Source of the DNA: an uncultured Saprospiraceae bacterium | GTDB lineage: Bacteria; Bacteroidota; Bacteroidia; Chitinophagales; Saprospiraceae | Assembly: GCA_937941765.1 (NCBI GenBank) | Contig: CALDGQ010000022.1 | Location: 1-41,138 of the forward strand | DNA length: 41,138 nucleotides | Direction of reading: 5' to 3' | In this document: positions 38,348 through 41,138 of the stretch, piece by piece | How positions within the stretch are numbered: position 1 is the first letter of the stretch | Layout of the letters: each line of letters starts with the position of its first letter | Made by a program: the position numbers and the translations under genes | Notes under the pieces: generated by a model | Database searches by the model: none | The model's input: only the letters and a program-made list of their open reading frames with translations | Told to the model about the DNA's origin: nothing

Positions 38348-40759
38348 ATGAAACATTTAATTGCATGCTGTGCAGTTTTTGCCCTTCTTTTCTGGACACA
38401 AAACATTGATGCTCAAGTTGTATTCGAACCAGGTACTCCTATTTCTCTTGACAAATCATTAAAGGACAATGTACCGGTAGAAGTCATGACCGAATTGGAT
38501 TATGATAAGCTGGCACTTGAAGACAATGATATATTAAACGAAGGTCAGCCTTTTCGTTTTGGTTATATTCACGATGTAAATTTCAATTTGAATAATTCTG
38601 GTGTCTGGGAAACATTACCTAGTGGTGATAGAGTTTGGCGATTGACCATCGTTGCACCGAAAGCGTTGACCATTAATTTAAATTATAGCACCTATAACTT
38701 AGCTCCTTATGGTAAACTTTATGTCTACGGTGAAGAAACGGCAGCTTATTTAGGACCTTTTACAAAAGCTAATGAAAAATCAGATGGAAATTTTGCAACT
38801 GGTTTTACTTATGGAAATAGATGTACCATCGAGTATATAGAACCTGCAAAAATGGCAGGGCAAGGTCAATTGGAAATTTCTGGAGTAGTACATGGTTATA
38901 ATTCAATTAATCACGAAGTAGAAAATGTATACAAAGCATTCCAAGGCTCAGGTTCTTGTAATTATGATGTTGGATGTACTATTTCTGCTGGTTGGGAAGA
39001 TCAAATAAAGTCAGTTGGATTGCTTTTGACAAGTAACAATTCCCGTTTTTGTACTGGAGCATTGATAAATAATACTGGAAATGATTGTAAAGCGTATTTC
39101 TTATCCGCTAATCACTGTTTTGCCTCAGATAATGTCGGTGATGTATTGACTGATATTGTAATGTTCAATTATAATAGTCCAACGCCTGCATGTCCTGGAA
39201 CACCCACTTCAGATGGTATCACCAATCAAACCGTTCAAGGAGCAACGGTAGTGGCTAAAGCTAGTAGTTCAGATTTCTGTTTATTAGAACTCACAAATAA
39301 TCCAATTGATTTCTATGATGTCTATTATTCAGGTTGGAGTCGTGCTAACAGTGGATTTACAAATAACGTTGCAATTCATCATCCAAGTGGGGATGTAAAG
39401 AAGTTTTCGACTGATGCGGATGCACCTATTTCTTCAACTTATACGAATACAACTGGTTCTCACTGGCAAGTAGGGGCGTGGGAAGAAGGGACAACAGAAC
39501 CTGGTTCTTCAGGTTCTCCTTTATTCAATCAAAATATGCAAATCATTGGTCAATTACATGGTGGAACTGCTTCTTGCTCTCAACCCGGAGCACCTGATTA
39601 TTATGGAAAGATTTGGTATTCTTGGGATCAGAATGCAGGTGCAACAGCACAATTAAAACCTTGGTTAGATCCCATAAATTCTGGTGCAATTGCGATTGGA
39701 GGATCTAATTGTAGTACTCCTATGCCACCAGTTGCAGCGCTTAGTCCTGCGACTGGAAGCAGTTATGAATTTTGTACTAGCGGAACCATCAATTTCAATG
39801 ATTTATCTACATTTGCACCTACCAATTGGTCATGGTCATTTAGTGGAGCAGGAGTTTCTCCGACATTTTCAACAGCTCAAAATCCATCCGTAACAGTATC
39901 TACTTCAGGTACACTAAATGTTGCATTAATTGTCTCAAATGCACAAGGAACAGATGCTATGACACATACTTACAACATTACAATTACAAATTGTGTAGAA
40001 AATAGTTATTGCAATACAACCTCACTTGATATTCCTGACAATGATCCCAATGGCGTACAATCTTCTTTAGTTGTTCCGGCCAACAATATCATCACAGATT
40101 TGAATGTCGAAGTAGATTTACCGCATACTTGGGTTGGTGATTTGTTCATTTCCTTAGCACATAATGGAACCACTGTCACTTTAATGGATCAACCTGGGGT
40201 TCCAGCTTCGCAGTATGGATGCAATCAAGATAATGTGCTTGCAACCTTTGATGATGAAGCCGTTGTTCCGGTTGAGACAGCTTGTGGTACTTCAGGATCA
40301 GGTGTTGGAGGTTTTGTAATTCCTGAAGCTGCCTTGTCCGTTTTTGATGGGATGGATCAAGCAGGAACTTGGACCCTTTTTATTTCGGATGCAGTTGGTC
40401 AAGATCTAGGAACGTTGGAAAATTGGTGTATTAATGTTACTTCAGATGCTTCTTCAGATTGCTACAGTATGCTAACAAATGGGGCACCTGGTATCGGCTT
40501 GCAAAATACTGAAACGGGTGTTGCAGATTATGAATCGAGCGATTGGATAGAAACTACATCAGGAGTCTCTACCATTATGCAAAGTGGATCTTCAGTTGAT
40601 TATGATGCTGCTCAATATATTCAATTAAACGACGGTTTTGAGGTTCAACTTGGCGCTAATTTTCACGGATTTATTGATGGATGTGACAACGGTGGAGGAG
40701 GTATGAATAGAAATGACGTGGACCCTACTACAATAAAGGAAAGTAATAGTAAAAACTAA
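38348..40759 (+). CDS. Secreted S1-family (trypsin/V8-like) serine protease with a pro-region, Thr/Ser-rich beta-domains and a proprotein-convertase P-domain
   Basis: Signal peptide (…FWTQNIDAQV). His-region FLSANHCF, catalytic Ser region EPGSSGSPLF. P-domain-like segment NVEVDLPHTWVGDLFISLAHNGTTVTLMDQPG…GTWTLFISDAVGQDLGTLENWCINV. Confidence 0.8.
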   Translation: MKHLIACCAVFALLFWTQNIDAQVVFEPGTPISLDKSLKDNVPVEVMTELDYDKLALEDNDILNEGQPFRFGYIHDVNFNLNNSGVWETLPSGDRVWRLTIVAPKALTINLNYSTYNLAPYGKLYVYGEETAAYLGPFTKANEKSDGNFATGFTYGNRCTIEYIEPAKMAGQGQLEISGVVHGYNSINHEVENVYKAFQGSGSCNYDVGCTISAGWEDQIKSVGLLLTSNNSRFCTGALINNTGNDCKAYFLSANHCFASDNVGDVLTDIVMFNYNSPTPACPGTPTSDGITNQTVQGATVVAKASSSDFCLLELTNNPIDFYDVYYSGWSRANSGFTNNVAIHHPSGDVKKFSTDADAPISSTYTNTTGSHWQVGAWEEGTTEPGSSGSPLFNQNMQIIGQLHGGTASCSQPGAPDYYGKIWYSWDQNAGATAQLKPWLDPINSGAIAIGGSNCSTPMPPVAALSPATGSSYEFCTSGTINFNDLSTFAPTNWSWSFSGAGVSPTFSTAQNPSVTVSTSGTLNVALIVSNAQGTDAMTHTYNITITNCVENSYCNTTSLDIPDNDPNGVQSSLVVPANNIITDLNVEVDLPHTWVGDLFISLAHNGTTVTLMDQPGVPASQYGCNQDNVLATFDDEAVVPVETACGTSGSGVGGFVIPEAALSVFDGMDQAGTWTLFISDAVGQDLGTLENWCINVTSDASSDCYSMLTNGAPGIGLQNTETGVADYESSDWIETTSGVSTIMQSGSSVDYDAAQYIQLNDGFEVQLGANFHGFIDGCDNGGGGMNRNDVDPTTIKESNSKN

Positions 40760-40793
40760 TTTTAGCATTTTAAACTATTGTAGTTTTTTTAAA

Positions 40794-40831
40794 ATAGCAC
40801 TCAGGAATTAAGTCTCTGAGTGCTATTTTTA
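40794..40831 (+). terminator. Intrinsic terminator (atagcactcag-N11-ctgagtgctat followed by TTTTT) after the protease gene
   Basis: Perfect 11-bp inverted repeat and a T-run on the + strand, 35 bp after the stop codon. Confidence 0.7.
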
Positions 40832-41138
40832 TATGCAGATATTCAGAAGCAAATTACTTAACTGATTACCAGTTTGTTGTTATGGTAAAATCACGTAATA
40901 ACAATATGGTTTAGTTTATTTTGGTCGAAAAACGGGTAAACAATTATTACATTAATTAAATACGGGCTATCCAACTGTTGATAATTAGGAGTTGGTTAAA
41001 TTTCAGGATTGGCATTATACAGTTTAGTGGAGAAAGTTTTAAAATCCGTTAAGAAATGAAAACTGTTAGATCAAAACGAATATCACACTTGAAACTCGCC
41101 TGTACACAACATAGCAAAGCAATTAAACCTGAAAAAGA

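Noticed and set aside
1-41138. tRNA, rRNA, transposase or integrase genes
   Set aside because: No GTTCGA-type T-loop contexts with acceptor-stem pairing were seen in intergenic regions. No 16S/23S-like conserved stretches. No DDE, tyrosine-recombinase or serine-recombinase motifs in any ORF.

Overview
AT-rich window (GC looks to be in the low-to-mid 30% range by eye) with about 31 protein-coding genes. It looks like a Bacteroidota, probably Flavobacteriia, chromosomal segment. Supporting this are two proteins with type-A T9SS C-terminal sorting domains, a LytS/LytTR two-component pair with a Y_Y_Y beta-propeller sensor, and a CarboxypepD_reg outer-membrane protein; there are no Shine-Dalgarno-like spacers. 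I found no rRNA, tRNA, CRISPR array, transposase or integrase. Recognisable genes: TPR+CHAT protease; PLP aminotransferase-like protein; LytS-type sensor kinase and LytTR response regulator; calcineurin-like phosphoesterase; a fused alpha-oxoamine synthase (BioF/SPT-like) plus BioF2/FemAB-like GNAT acyltransferase; SemiSWEET; NfeD/flotillin pair; thioredoxin; a DUF4956-like/HlyD/TolC-like operon; VOC/glyoxalase protein; heptaheme c-type cytochrome fused to TPRs; S1 serine protease with a proprotein-convertase P-domain. The best candidate for an undescribed system is a translationally coupled four-gene operon at 31450-35976: a Pol-beta-type nucleotidyltransferase-fold protein, a B12-binding radical SAM enzyme, a class I SAM methyltransferase, and a paralogous B12-binding radical SAM enzyme. 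It has no recognisable scaffold gene such as a core lipid or carotenoid enzyme, or a precursor peptide above the 60-aa threshold of the ORF track. Other regions worth a second look: the AOS-GNAT fusion operon with a 33-aa basic micro-ORF and a phosphoesterase; a TPR-CHAT protease with a tightly linked upstream 177-aa gene; a ~195-bp triply nested hairpin inserted between the kinase and regulator genes that shares a 12-13-mer with a structured leader 3.5 kb upstream; a HlyD/TolC pair without a canonical pump; and ~96-bp-period direct repeats upstream of the multiheme cytochrome. Product calls come from motifs read by eye in the supplied translations. No database searches were run.
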